Positions 21,701 through 35,518 of a DNA stretch of 64,000 nucleotides are shown here, one piece after another (within the stretch, counting starts at the first letter, position 1; every line of letters starts with the position of its first letter). Source of the stretch: Piromyces finnis finn (Eukaryota; Fungi; Neocallimastigomycota). The notes beneath the pieces are model-generated. The model did no database searches. It was given only the letters and a program-made list of their open reading frames with translations, and was not told the DNA's origin. The position numbers and the translations under genes are program-made. The stretch is taken from positions 124,001 to 188,000 of the forward strand of contig MCFH01000035.1 in assembly GCA_002104945.1 (NCBI GenBank), written 5' to 3'.

Positions 21701-23319
21701 TCTATAAGTCAAATAATATCGAAGTTCCAGATGTTATTACTCAAGCCTACAAAAATGAAACTTATTCTAAAATTATTGAAATTTTAGACTTTTATAATAA
21801 ATTAAATAATTCAATTCAACAAGTTTTATTCCATCAACAAATTATTCGTATCCAAACACTTCAAGCATTCAATACCGTTGATAAAGTTAATAGTTATTTA
21901 TCTTCTGTTGATGATAAATATATTGATATTACAGAAGAATATTTAAGTAAGTGCACTGATAATAGAGATTATAAGGTATTTGCTCATTGGAAAAATGAAA
22001 AAACAACTTTAGAAGAAAAAATTAGATGCAGACCATTAAAGAATGTAAGAATCGCAAATATATTTTTGTACAATATTTAATCATATACTCATATTAATAA
22101 TTTAAAATTGATTGTTGTTTATAATTTTTATCATGTCATGCCATTTTCTATAAATAGACTCTCTGGATTCAATTATTCGGTTTAATTCCAAAAATACTCA
22201 AAAATATAGCTTTAAAGAATATTGAAAAAATAAAAGCTGATAATGAAAAGTTAACTGCTTTATTAAGCAAGGATAATTTGATTTCTGAAGTAATTATTTA
22301 ATACTAAATATAATTATTTTTTATATATTCTTATATGTTCTAATATTAATAAATTTACAATAAAAAAATAAAATAATTTATGAAAATTAGTTGTTACCAA
22401 GTGAAATTGCTAATGGTAAAATTGTTAATGAATTTGCAAAGTTCGTTATTGAAGCTGATCAATCAAAAGAAACTAAAGGTAATTAACCGTATATATTATT
22501 CATTCTTAATTAGTAGCATATAATATTTATTGATTTATTAATGTTTAAAATACTTATTTTTATCTATATAACATCCTCATACAATAAAATTGTATTATTA
22601 TAACTAAATAATTATTAACACAGAATCTGGTTCTTGTGATGCTTTTAATAATATTTTTGAAATACTTAAAGAAAAGGTTGATTCTCTTACAAGTAATAAC
22701 AAATTAACAAATGTCACATTTAATATTATTGAACAATGCACTACCATGATAGAAGTAAACATTTTAATTAAAAAACATAATGATAGTTATTAATAAACTA
22801 ATATTAATAAACACCCTTGCTTTTATATATATTGGTATATAATGGTACTATAATAGGCCATCAACTATATTGTTTTATTAGTCCACTATGCTTCTAATAT
22901 TGCACCAAATAGAAAATCAAGGAATCTACCATGGGTTATCAATATTCAAGAAAAAAAGAGTCAATTTGTTAATGAAATTAAAAAACAAATTCAAATATTT
23001 TACGATTATCTTAAAGAATTAAATACTCTTATAAATAGTAAGAAAAACACTGGTATTGAAAGTATAAAGGAAATATTTGGATCTGACGAAGCATTAATTG
23101 ATAATTTAATGGTAAATTTAATATTAATATAATATAATATTTTTAAACATATATATAATATAATATAATATTCTAATTATATTTTAAATATAATTATTAC
23201 AATAACAGAGTAATAATAAGGAATTATTAATTAAAACTTTTGATCAATGGCAATCAAGTGTAAGTACTAGTCTTGAAAATACTTTAAAGGAAACTGAAAT
23301 CAAAATGAAGTTATTATAA
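18725..23319 (+). CDS. NAA25: NatB N-terminal acetyltransferase auxiliary subunit (TPR-like; many exons)
   Basis: MSDRAVNNIY/DAIYNENYRLAL, FQNAFEADITNEEYANQYFMAITRINNYDLQKQ, YFCWAIMSLILQ, RAPFIAEIELEK, YVKKFGDKYCCFEDLLPYL, TERQFGDDYLVIAA, ILEHGLEKSKFNFQFKIILMRLY, LNLRSIQFDTLSFL fit MDM20/NAA25. Confidence 0.9.
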
Positions 23320-23381
23320 GTTTTATATGTTTTATGATTTTTTTTTTTTTTTTTTTTTTTAGCAAGCCCGCAAAGTCATAA

Positions 23382-23430
<49 letters not shown>

Positions 23431-23967
23431 GATAAAAAAGATAAAAAAAAAAAAGTATTTCTTTCATATACATATATTATTACAATAATAAATATATGTA
23501 TATAATAATATTAATATATTAATATAAAATAATTATAGAAATAACATCTAAAATTGATACTTTTTAATTAAATTGAAAATAAATTAAATAAATAAAAATT
23601 ATCTTTTTTCTTTAAGTTTTTTATTTTTTCTTTTTGAAATAATAATAAAATATACATTTTATCATTGTATTTTATATTTAGTAATTTATAATAAAAAATA
23701 GTTATTAAAGTTCTAAAAATTTAAAAAAGTTTTTTTTAACAATTAAAAAGAAATTCAAAAATTATACTCAAATTATTGAAAAAAGTTTATACTTAAATTT
23801 CCATTTTTTAAATTTATGAAGTTTTTTACTATGAAATTTTTTTAGAATTTTTTTTTTTAATAGGATTTAAAATAAAAAGGAAATTATATTACTAAAAAAG
23901 TAATATATAAGAAGATTTTCATTTATTAAGATTTTTAAATATTTATAACACTTCAAATCATTTAATA

Positions 23968-26943
23968 ATGGTAAAATATATATAATATATATCTCATATA
24001 ATAATTTTTATGTAATTATTAAATGCATATATTTATATTATTATTGTATTTATATTTTAATATTTAAATAAAGGACATTCAATCTAATCCGAAATGTCTA
24101 TATGTTAAGCAATCAGTTATCGGTCAAGGTACCTAAGAAAAGGAAAAAATATATATATTTAAAAACTGTTAATAAATAATAAATATTTTATTTTTTTATT
24201 TATAAAAATTTTACAATAAGGTGCTTTTGGAAAAGTTTTTAAGGTGATAAGAAAAAAAATGATTTCTTCGATTTCTATATTATGCTAAATTATTTAAAAT
24301 AATAGATAGAAAAGAAATTTAAATAAAATTTCATTTAAAACATTTTAATATGCCATTAATAATAACAGGGATATGAAAAGAAAACTAAAAACCCAGTAGC
24401 AATAAAAATTATTGATCTGGAAAGCGCTGAAGATGATATTGAAGGTATATTAATTTATTAAATAGGTTCATTAAAAGTTATAAAAACTATATAATAACTT
24501 TTAAAATATTTCTCTTATAACATATTATTATATAAAACCAATTTGGTTATTCAATAATAATAAAAGATATACAAAAAGAGATTACTATTTTATCTCAGTT
24601 GGATCATTCAGTAATTATTATATTTAATTGTTGAAATATTATTATATATACTTATTTTTTCGAATTATAATAAATATTATTATTATCAATGTCTAAAAAT
24701 AGAACATCACCAAATACTTTGGTTCTTATGTAGAAAATAATTATTTATGGATTATTATTGAATTGTGTGATGGTGGTTCATGCCTCGATCTTGTATATAT
24801 TAGCATTATATTCTAATATAAATTTAAACCATCATATAAAATTGAATTAAGTAATTTTATTAAAATTTAAAAATAACATAGCTAAAACCTGGACCATTTG
24901 AAGAAATATTTATTGCAATTATTTTAAGAGAAGTATTATATGGCTTAGATTATTTGCATGGAGAAGGAAAAATTCATAGAGATATTAAAGCAGCTAATAG
25001 TAAATTATTAAATTAAATTTAAATACAAGTAATCCTTATTATCATTTAATCAGCAATTATTAATTCGATTTTACCATTTTATTAAAATTATATATGGAAA
25101 AAAAAACTATAATATAGTTTTATTAACTTCACTAGGAGAAGTAAAATTAGCGGATTTTGGTGTTTCAGCTCAGGTAAATGATAACTTTTCTAATTTTCAT
25201 TATAATTCTTCACTTTTCAAATTGTACAATTTCCTAAAATAAAATATATTTTATTAGCTAACTGCAACAATGACAAAAAAGAATACATTTGTTGGTAATA
25301 ATACATAAAAATTTAAAGAGAATAAATGTTTAAAGAGAATAAAGATTGTATAAATAAATTTAAAAATTGAAAATAAAACAATATATATATGCATTTATCT
25401 CATTTTAAAATCAAAATAGGAACACCATTTTGGATGGCACCAGAAGTTATTCAAGAATCAGGATATGATTCAAAAGCCGATATATGGAGTTTAGGTATTA
25501 CTGCTTTTGAATTAGCAAAAGGTGTACCACCATACTACAATATTCATCCTATGAAAGTATTGTTCTTAATTCCAGAAAAAGAACCACCTATTCTTGAAGG
25601 TAATTACTCTAAAACATTTAAAGAATTTGTATCATTATGCCTACAAAAAGATACTAGTAAGGTAAACATTTATAATGTTTAATAATACTTTAAATTATGT
25701 ATTTGTATGAATATAAGTAAAAATTAAACAAGCGCTTTTATAAAATAATTATAAAATAGCGTTTAAGTGCAAAAGAACTATTATCTCATAAATTCATAAA
25801 AAACGCTAAAAAAACATCTTACTTAACAGAGTTGATTGAAAGAATGAATAGATGGCAATTAGAAGATGGTGAAAAGAACGGAAGTAGCGAGAGTATTGAT
25901 GAGTACGAATAAATTTCATATAAATCCTATTATAACTACTTTTATTAATATTAACAGCTATTAACAAATATTAAAATATTAAAAAAAAAAAAAAAAGAGA
26001 AGAAACATTTACTGTTAAGTCAATAGCAAATAAAGCAGATACAACATATGGATGGTATTATGGAGATGATACAGTAAAGAAAACAGTACAAAAAACTAGT
26101 AATAATGATTCTCCTAATAGTCAACAAAAAGATGAAGATAATTTCTTTAATACTATTAAAGCATCCACAAAAAACAATATAGAAGAATATAATACATTTA
26201 TTGAAAAGAATGAATCAGCAATACATAATAATATTGATAATCAATCACAACTAAATAGGGGTAATATATTTAATGATGATAATGATGATGATGATGATGA
26301 TATGAATTTTACATATAAAAAAAAAACAGAAAAAAAAGATATTGATAAATTAGTAGAAAAATCAAAATTAATGAATATTTCTAATACTTATAAAAAAAGT
26401 GGAATACAAGCTTTCAATATCGAAGACGCTGTTGAAATTGATGATGAAGATGATATATTCATCGGAGGAAATAAAATTTCACAAAAAGTTAATGTATGTT
26501 ATAATAAACTCTATGATGCACCAGATGATGATGATTTCCCCACTATAAGAAAAAAATCAAATAATGTTCAACCAGATATAGAAATATTAAATAGTATTGA
26601 AACTGTATATGAAATGGTAAAATGAAATAACAACAATTAAATAAAATAATAAATAATTATATAAACAATATATTAATATCTATATATATTTTTTCATTTA
26701 TTACTAATAGATGAAACAACAATATGGAAAGAATTATACTGAATATATTGACAAGGCTAAAAATTTATTTAGTGATATTGAAATGGTATTGTATTTTTAA
26801 TAAATATATATATATATATATATTAAAAGGAAAAAATCATTGAACTGTATAAATGTAATAATAATATAAATAGAATCAGCCTGGTTTTCTTTCCACAATA
26901 ATTAAACCAATGCATAATATATTAGAAAAGAAGAAAGGAAGAT
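23968..26943 (+). CDS. Ste20-family GCK-III-like Ser/Thr kinase (MST3/4/STK24/Sid1-like), multi-exon
   Basis: [93 protein letters not shown], and C-terminal [17 protein letters not shown] resembling the GCK-III dimerisation segment. The ATG exon and final stop are approximate. Confidence 0.88.
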
Positions 26944-27364
26944 AATTATATGTTTTATCCAACTTTTTTTAATTCTAATTTTATAATACTCTTCTTTTTT
27001 CAATAATATAGTTATAATCATTATACGCATGTTTCAATATAAAGCAAGTTATCGACCAACACACAAATAAAATAATAATTTTGTACAGTAATTAATAGTT
27101 AAATGCACTATTAAAATACTATTTTATCTATCATTGTCTTTATTTTTACTTTTTCATTTAAAACATCAAAAAAAATTTTAAATTAAAATATAAACATTCA
27201 TTAATGTTAATGTGAACAAAGATATTAATTAATATTATATTATATTATTGAAGAAATTTCTTTGCTACTGAAATAATAATAATATAACATATAAAAATAA
27301 ATTTTTTCATTCAAGAATAAAATTCAAAATAAAAATAAAATGTTTTCAAAGTTCTTATATATAA

Positions 27365-27509
<145 letters not shown>

Positions 27510-28100
27510 CTTTCAGGTATTAATTGATTTAGTGATTTAGTATTAATTAAAATAAAAATTTTATTGTTTTTTAAATATTTATTAATTCATAATAAAAAGG
27601 GTTATAATTAATTAACACTTAATTAAAATTTTAATTAATATAATTAATATTAAATATAAAAATGTAAAATAATTTAATTATTATTAATAATCAATATAAT
27701 AAATATAATAAAAATAACAATAAATAAATTTTAAAATATTTTTTTTATAAAATATAAAAAAGTAATATTAAATATATATAAATTATAAAGTGATCTTTTA
27801 TCCATCATATCATTTTAAATAATTAATTATTATATCTCTATATCTATATTATAATTTATTAATTTAATATAAAATAGGTCTTTTTTTTTTCTTTATATAT
27901 ATTATCATGTAAGTATAGTAATAATTATTTCTAATCAATATTAATATATTCTTTATATAAATAATTAATTAAATTTATTAATTTAATAACAATATTATAA
28001 TCATTTTATTCTTATATTCTTGGATATAATCAAATATTTAAATATTATCAATATAATAAAATAATTTGAAAAAAAAAAAAATAAATAATAATTTAGAACA

Positions 28101-29686
28101 ATGAGTGATCGTTATTCATTCTCTTTAACTACTTTTTCACCATCTGGTAAATTAGTTCAAATTGAATATGCACTTAATGCTGTAAAGCAAGGTGTTACAA
28201 GTATTGGTATTAAAGGTAAAAAATATAATATGAAAAAATAAACACATTTTAAAATAAAATCAAATTACTTTAAGAAAAATTCAGTAAAATTGGAATGAAA
28301 GTTATAAGGAATCAATATGAAATCTTTTATTATTTCCCATTGTTGAAGCACTTTTTATATATAAATATTAAAAAGAATGATCAATTTGAATAAATTAATA
28401 AGAAATGTATTATTCATATAGAAAATTTTAAATGCAATTGCATAAAATAGCGGGAATTTTTATTTATATTAATAATATATTATTTTTTTCTTACTATTTA
28501 TAAAATAAACTTATAATTAATATATAAGAAATATAAATAAAGTACAAAGCAATTTATTAGCATTTTAGAATATAAATTATATTTAATAAAATGTTTATTA
28601 ATATATTTGGAGATTTTTTTTATATAATAAAATAATGAATTAATATTAAAAATATAATAAATAAATATATAAATTAATAATTACAGCAACTAATGGTGTT
28701 GTCATTGCTACTGAAAAAAAGAGTCCATCTACTCTTGTTGATGAAACTACAGTTGAAAAAATTTCACTTATTACTAACGATATTGGTATAGTTTACTCTG
28801 GTATGGGTCCAGATGCTCGTGTTTTAGTTGGTAAAGCTAGAAAGGCTGCTCAAAAATACAAGCGTATATATAATGAAAACCCACCAGTCAATATGTTAGT
28901 TAAAGATGTTGCTTTAATCATGCAAGAATATACTCAAAGCGGGTAACTGTTTAAACTTTTATAAACAAAAATTATAATAATTATATACATAAGCATTATA
29001 TAAAACTTAATTAAAAATGCATAAATTAATTAAAATCTAAATTTAATTATAAAAATTAATTATTAAAATGAATTTTTAAATTTCATTGTTTCTTTTTGAT
29101 TTAATTTAAATTTTAAAGTGGTGTTAGACCATTTGGTGTATCTTTATTAATTGCTGGTTATGATAGTAATGGACCATCCTTATACCAAGTCGATCCTTCT
29201 GGTTCATACTGGCCATGGAAAGCTACTGCCATTGGAAAAAATATGATTAGTGCTAAGACTTTCTTAGAAAAGAGGTAAGCAAAAAAAGATATTATTATAA
29301 CATCTAATAAATTTCATAAATGGAATAAATATTAACTATTAAATAATTAAACATTCTTTTAATATTAATATAATATAATAAATAATAAAAATTTTTCAAT
29401 AATATCAATAACAAATATTATGATATTGAAATATATATATATAAAATAATAATATTTTTTATTTTCTAACAGATATACAGAATCATTAGAATTAGAAGAT
29501 GCTGTTCACACTGCTATATTAACCTTAAAAGAAGGTTATGAAGGTCAAATGACTGAAAATACTGTTGAAATCGGAATTTGTCAAATGGAAGAAATTGTTG
29601 ATACTCGTGGTAACACTGTCACCGTTCCAAGATTCAATAAGTTAACACCATCTGAAGTTAAAGATTATCTTGCTAACATTGCTTAA
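28101..29686 (+). CDS. PRE8: 20S proteasome subunit alpha type-2 (4 exons)
   Basis: [97 protein letters not shown]. Confidence 0.97.
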
Positions 29687-30316
29687 ATGATTAATTAGTG
29701 TATTTTTGTTAATAATTAAAACATGCAACTTCACTCAAGCAAATATAATATAAATTATCAAATTTAAAAAAAAATTTACAATAATAATAATAAAACACAA
29801 TTCATTTTTTATATTTAATAAAAGTTAAACAAAAATAATTTCAAAAAAAAATAATAATAATAATAAATAAATAAAAACTAAGCAAGTCTTGCTTAAAACA
29901 AAATATTTATAATAAGAAATTAAGAATAAAAAAGATAATTAGTAAAATAAAATAAAAAAAAAATAATAATAAAAATTGCTGAGAAAAATATTAATAATGA
30001 TAAAATTATAATTATAGTAATAATTTTTCAGTATAAACATTATCATTTATATTTTTTAACTTTTTATTTAATTAAATTGTATTATATTTTTATTTTGGCT
30101 ATAATAATATGAATAGTATATTGATAAAATAATGTTATTTACAAATATTTTTAAATAATTTATTTGATAAATTTAATAAGTATTTTCAAATGTAATTATA
30201 TTTAAATAATGTTTATATAAAATAATATGTAAGGTTTATCGTTATGTTAGATTTCTAGCATGTTGCTTTCTATCATGTTTTTATGATATTACATCAAATA
30301 ATAATTATTTCATTAT

Positions 30317-31428
30317 TTAACCGTAAAGAGTAGTTGAATTAGCATTTAATGGAGTCGCTGAATTTGGTGAAGATGGTTCGGAAGGAGAATTTTCACCACT
30401 ATATATTGGTAATTCTTGACTGTTTTTTCCAGAATTCTTATGAAAAATGACAATTAGGAAAATTTGAAGTAAAGCTGAAACAACCCCTAACCCATTAGGG
30501 AACCAAACATAAAAATCATTGAAAAATATACCATATACCAACCATAAAAATCCATTAATAAAAGAAGCAATAGTCATTAATGTATTTATTGAACTGCTAT
30601 TTTTTGACTTGATAACTTCTTTCATTGAAGTTAAAGGAGAAACATACATAGCGCAAAGAACGATGATACAAACAATACCCATACAATTTTTAGCTGCGTC
30701 ATAATTATCTTTAAAAAGAATAAAAGAAAGTGCAGCACCCGCAATATTTAAAAAAGTGAATCCTATTAATGTTATAGATGTCCACTTAAAATCTTTTGGC
30801 TTCATATTCGAAGTAAGTAGTATTAAAACATAATATTCTCCTAAGACAATGCTATATGTATAGATAATCAATTTTTTAAATAAGTAAATTTATTTGATAT
30901 TAATATAGTTTATTGTTTTGAAATAAACCGATTCATAAATATATTATATGTACCCTCCAAGATTTGGCCTATTAAGATATTAGTTATTATAATAATTATA
31001 TATAGAGTTGAATTTATTAAGGTGATCTTTCAATCCTTCAATATTAATAATAAATATCTTATTTATATTTACCAGAAAGTCCAATGATTATGAATAACAA
31101 AGGAATAAAGATTCCAACATAGACAATTACAAATAATCATTACACTTGGAATTGGGTTTATTGTACATTGTCCATTACTTTTTTTTAAATTTTGTAATTC
31201 TTTGAAAGGACTAAGAAATATAAAATACCTTTAAATTTTAAAATATGTATATATATAATGTTTATTAGTAAAAACTTAATTCTAATCAATCATTATATTA
31301 TATAGAATTTAAATTTTTTCTACATTTTAAATAATTTAAAACTATTGAAATACTAACGAAGTAAAGATTCCACATAATGGGAAAACTGTTTCAGTAACAA
31401 TTTCACAGAGTTTACTATTGCACTCCAT
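30317..31428 (-). CDS. SWEET: SWEET (MtN3/saliva) sugar transporter, multi-exon
   Basis: N-terminal MECNSKLCEIVTETVFPLCGIFT, FLSPFKELQ, NPIPSVMIICNCLCWNLYS, and a second repeat MYVSPLTSMKEVIKSKNSSSI...FINGFLWLVYGIFFNDFYVWFPNGLGVVSALLQ, i.e. two MtN3 repeats. Confidence 0.92.
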
Positions 31429-33557
31429 TTTTTCTAAATGATATACTAATTTTATAGTATTATAGTATGCTGTTTAAATATACTCGATGTTTTTTTTTTT
31501 TTTTCTTTTTTTTTAATGAATTTATAATATTGATATATTTAAATAATTTGAAAAATTAAATTATTAAATCAAAAAAAAAAAAAAAAAGAAGGCAATATAA
31601 AGTATTAAATAGTAATGTTTCAATTTACCAACAAAAAATTCCTTACAATTTTAAATTTTATTTTTTATATTTATATATTTAGTAAAAGAATTTTTATTCA
31701 TTGGAAGAAAATTAAAAGAAATTAATATATAATATTTTTAGTATAAAAATAAGCTTTTAAAAAACTAACCTAATAATCATATTAATAATAAAACTTAATA
31801 GTAGAAATAGTTTTATTTTTATCGTTCAAATTATAAAAGAAAAATTTAAAAGAAAAAATATGAGATTTTAAAATGTTAATATCAGAAAAAAGGTTAAATA
31901 TTTATATAAATAAAATGGAGTGGAAAACTTAAAAATAAGTAAAAGGAAAAATTAATTTGTACTAATGTTATAATTAAATTATAAAATATAAAAATTAAAT
32001 TTATTTTTGACATACTTAAAAATAATTCTATAAAGAATAGGAGTGTTGAATATATGGAAAGGACTTATATTAAATATATAATAACACAATGAAAGTATAA
32101 AAACATTTAATATTAGATTTTAGTATTATTATTATTTTTTTTTTTTTCAGTTTTCTATTTCACACTCATACATTTTAAATTAACATATTTTTAAAAATCA
32201 TTATATGAATCATCCACAAAAAAAAAAAATATGTTAACTCTCTAAATTATTATAATTTTTATGTTGTTTTTTAAATACTTATTTTATTAATCAAAATTAT
32301 ATACTAAATATTTACATTATAAATGGCATATACTTTATAGTAAGATACTTATGACAACAATAATATAAAAGTTTAAATATATTTATAAGATATGAAAAAA
32401 TATATACTCTACACTTTCAATAAGTATAATAGTTTAACTTAAATTATATTAAACTTACTATTTTTTATTTGATTTATTGATTACTTGGCTTTTATATATG
32501 GCCAACAATTGAATTATCCTTTGATGCTTTATTTGTTGATCTTCTTCTATTATGTGCTTTATTTAATAAAAAATGAAATTAATAAATAATATTAATATAA
32601 AAGAAATAAAATCCACAACATTTTGGAATCAAATAAAAAAATCATTATATATTGTGTACTAATCAAATAATACTACTAAATGTAAAAGAAATATCGTTAA
32701 AATTGTATAAGTATTTTCATTTTTAATATTAGTAATATATAAATTACCCCTTTGTTTAAATTTTATTTTTTTATAATTAATATTATTCTAGTATAGCTTC
32801 TTGAATAAATATAAATAAATGCAAAATTCACTGGAAATGATATTACCTTTTTATCTATATTCTATGTTTTTATATATAACTATTGCTTGCAACAAATTGT
32901 TAGTATGTAAATATAAAATATGAAAAATCATTGAAAAATAAATATTTAATATGAAATTTTATTTCTAATACTACAATTCTAATATATTTTTTCAATAAGT
33001 ATTTCATTTAAATAATATATATATATAATAATTAATACTTATATATAAAAGTACTACTTATCTAAAATAATTGTAATATTTAATTTGCTACAAAAACTAT
33101 AAAATTTAATTTCATTATGAAAGCGGATAAATTCCATAATTTCTATTAATTTTATATAAAGTTTAAATTAATATACAAGAATTTCAAAATTTATTAAGAA
33201 AAATTTTATTTACCAAAAAAAATATTAATTCAACATCTTATATTATTAAATTGAAATAAATGTGGATGTTTACCAAAAATTAAAGAATTTTATAGTAATT
33301 AAATATTAGAGATGGTATGCATATATATGAAATGAATTATTACTTCATACTTAATAATTATTATACAAAAAAAACCTTTCCATATCATGAAATTTTATCC
33401 TTTTAATAAATAACATACTAAAATATAAAAATAAATGTAACTTTTTTTTTTATTTATTTAAAATGTTTATACATTAAATTTAATATATTTTATAATAGAT
33501 TTGTTTTCAATATAGGAATATAATATCAATAAGTATATATATATATATTTCTATTAT

Positions 33558-33651
33558 TTTTTGTTTACTTGTTTATTTTATTTTGTATTTTTTTTGTTTT
33601 GTTTTGTTTTGTTTTTTGTTTACTTGTTTATTTTATTTTGTATTTTTTTTG

Positions 33652-33682
<31 letters not shown>

Positions 33683-33685
33683 TTT
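33558..33685. repeat. Tandem duplication of an ~55-bp T-rich unit ending in (TTTTG)n
   Basis: 'ttgtttacttgtttattttattttgtatttttttgttttg...' occurs twice consecutively; it is the source of the spurious F/C/V ORFs 33561-33792. Confidence 0.8.
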
Positions 33686-33917
33686 TAATACTTCTTTTTA
33701 CTTTTTTATACCTTATCTTTTATTTTATTTTTTTTTTTTTATTTATTGTTAATTTTTTTTCTATGCTTATTTGTTTATATGTTTATATATAGTTATCCTT
33801 GTATTAAAGGAAATAATAATGATTATTTACTACTTGTTAAAATCTTTACATAACTTTTATAGATTTCTAGAAAAACATCCTTTTATTACTTGATTCCTTC
33901 ATTCTTATATTATGATT

Positions 33918-35132
33918 TTACATAATAAATTCTTCATTCATATTCATTGGATGACTAGTAGAAAGCTGTGGAATTTGCTTGAAATTCTTTTCTCTCATAA
34001 CTTGTCTAATTTGAGTTAATAATTGAGAGTAAGTTAAGTTTGGATTTTCATTTAAAACAGTAATAAATGCATATGACATAGCACCAGTAGCTTGATTATT
34101 AATTTTAGCATCAGCAGAAGTTTGATTATCTCTACAACCAGAGAATTGAATTACATCAGCATCATGCTTTCTTTTTTCTATTATAGCTTGATTATTTGTT
34201 TTGTTACCACTTAAATTTGAAAAATCAATTGATCCATCAAAAAGGCCAAGAAGGGAACTAGTAATCATAGCTTGATCACCTTGAATAAAACTACCAACAA
34301 TATTGACAGCTTTTTTGAAGATTTCCTTACGAACATCATTTTCAATAACTTCAATGGATCCATCACATTGGTAGGTGTATGGAAGATCCATAACAGTACC
34401 AGAGTGACAGGAATCAAAAATGGCAGTTAATCTACAACCTTTTGGTAATGGTGTAACTAAATTTTCATAAATCTCATCATCAAGAATTTGACCCTTTGAT
34501 TGAAAATCAAGTGGTATTATTGTTTCATCAAAGCCATCAGTTTCATCACCTTCTTTATCTGTAGCTGTACCACCATGACCAGAATAGTGGAAGAATAAGG
34601 AATCACCTGGTTGAGCGCCTTCAACAAGCCATTTCATAGCTTCAATAATATTATGATAAGTTGGTTTCATTATTGGATCATCTTGTTCATCAGTTAAATA
34701 TAAGCAATTTTGGAAACCATATCTTCTGCACATTAATTCAGAAATATTTCTAACATCATTAATACATCCCTTAAGTTCAGCTGATGTACCTGTATAGTTA
34801 ATACCAATGAAAAGAGCCTTTTTATTACCATCACAAGCAGATCTTACAAATTCATCACCATCGTTTTCATAGTAAAAATTATCAACATCTCTATTCCATA
34901 AATTTTCTTCTCTAATTTTCTCATCAACGGTTCGATTAAATTCTTGATTCTCACCATCCCAGGTATTAAAATTAATATCAAATCTCTTTCTATCACGCTT
35001 AACTTCTTGATTCATATTTTGCATAACACTGAATTGGTCTATTCCTTGTTGTAAGAAATCTTGAAATCCACCATTTTCAAAGCTTTGTTGAAAACTTTCA
35101 AAGCTTCGTTGAAAGAAATCTTGAATAGTCAT
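33918..35132 (-). CDS. MCA1: Type I metacaspase, copy 1 (Phe/Gln-rich N-terminus), intronless
   Basis: KKALFIGINY, LKGCINDV, FFHYSGHGG (catalytic His), DSCHSGTVMDLPY (catalytic Cys), QFSGCRDNQTSADA, QIPQLSTSHP. The likely start is Met 35132 (MTIQDFF). Confidence 0.96.
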   Translation of the reverse strand: MTIQDFFQRSFESFQQSFENGGFQDFLQQGIDQFSVMQNMNQEVKRDRKRFDINFNTWDGENQEFNRTVDEKIREENLWNRDVDNFYYENDGDEFVRSACDGNKKALFIGINYTGTSAELKGCINDVRNISELMCRRYGFQNCLYLTDEQDDPIMKPTYHNIIEAMKWLVEGAQPGDSLFFHYSGHGGTATDKEGDETDGFDETIIPLDFQSKGQILDDEIYENLVTPLPKGCRLTAIFDSCHSGTVMDLPYTYQCDGSIEVIENDVRKEIFKKAVNIVGSFIQGDQAMITSSLLGLFDGSIDFSNLSGNKTNNQAIIEKRKHDADVIQFSGCRDNQTSADAKINNQATGAMSYAFITVLNENPNLTYSQLLTQIRQVMREKNFKQIPQLSTSHPMNMNEEFIM

Positions 35133-35433
35133 TTTATTTATTATTAAAACTAACATGTAAAAATAAAAATATATACAATATTTATTTGCAAAAAATTAAT
35201 TGTTAATATTTAAGTTATTATTATTATTATTATTATTAATAAATAACAATGTTTTTTAATTTATAAATTTGAAAAAGTATAATTATTTAAATTATCTTAA
35301 TAATAATGTGTTATTTATTAGTTTAAATCATACATTCAATATTGAATAATTTCTAATGATTTTTAACATTTGCTAAATTAATAATTATTAAATATGTAAT
35401 ATTTTAATTCTTAATGGATGTTAGATTTAATTA

Positions 35434-35434
<1 letters not shown>

Positions 35435-35517
<83 letters not shown>

Positions 35518-35518
35518 C
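35435..35518. repeat. (TTA)n microsatellite
   Basis: Direct reading of the sequence; spurious poly-Leu ORF 35418-35600. Confidence 0.93.

Noticed and set aside
33561-33792. Two Phe/Cys/Val-rich ORFs
   Set aside because: Products of the T-rich (TTTTG)n duplication in the 3' flank of metacaspase 1.
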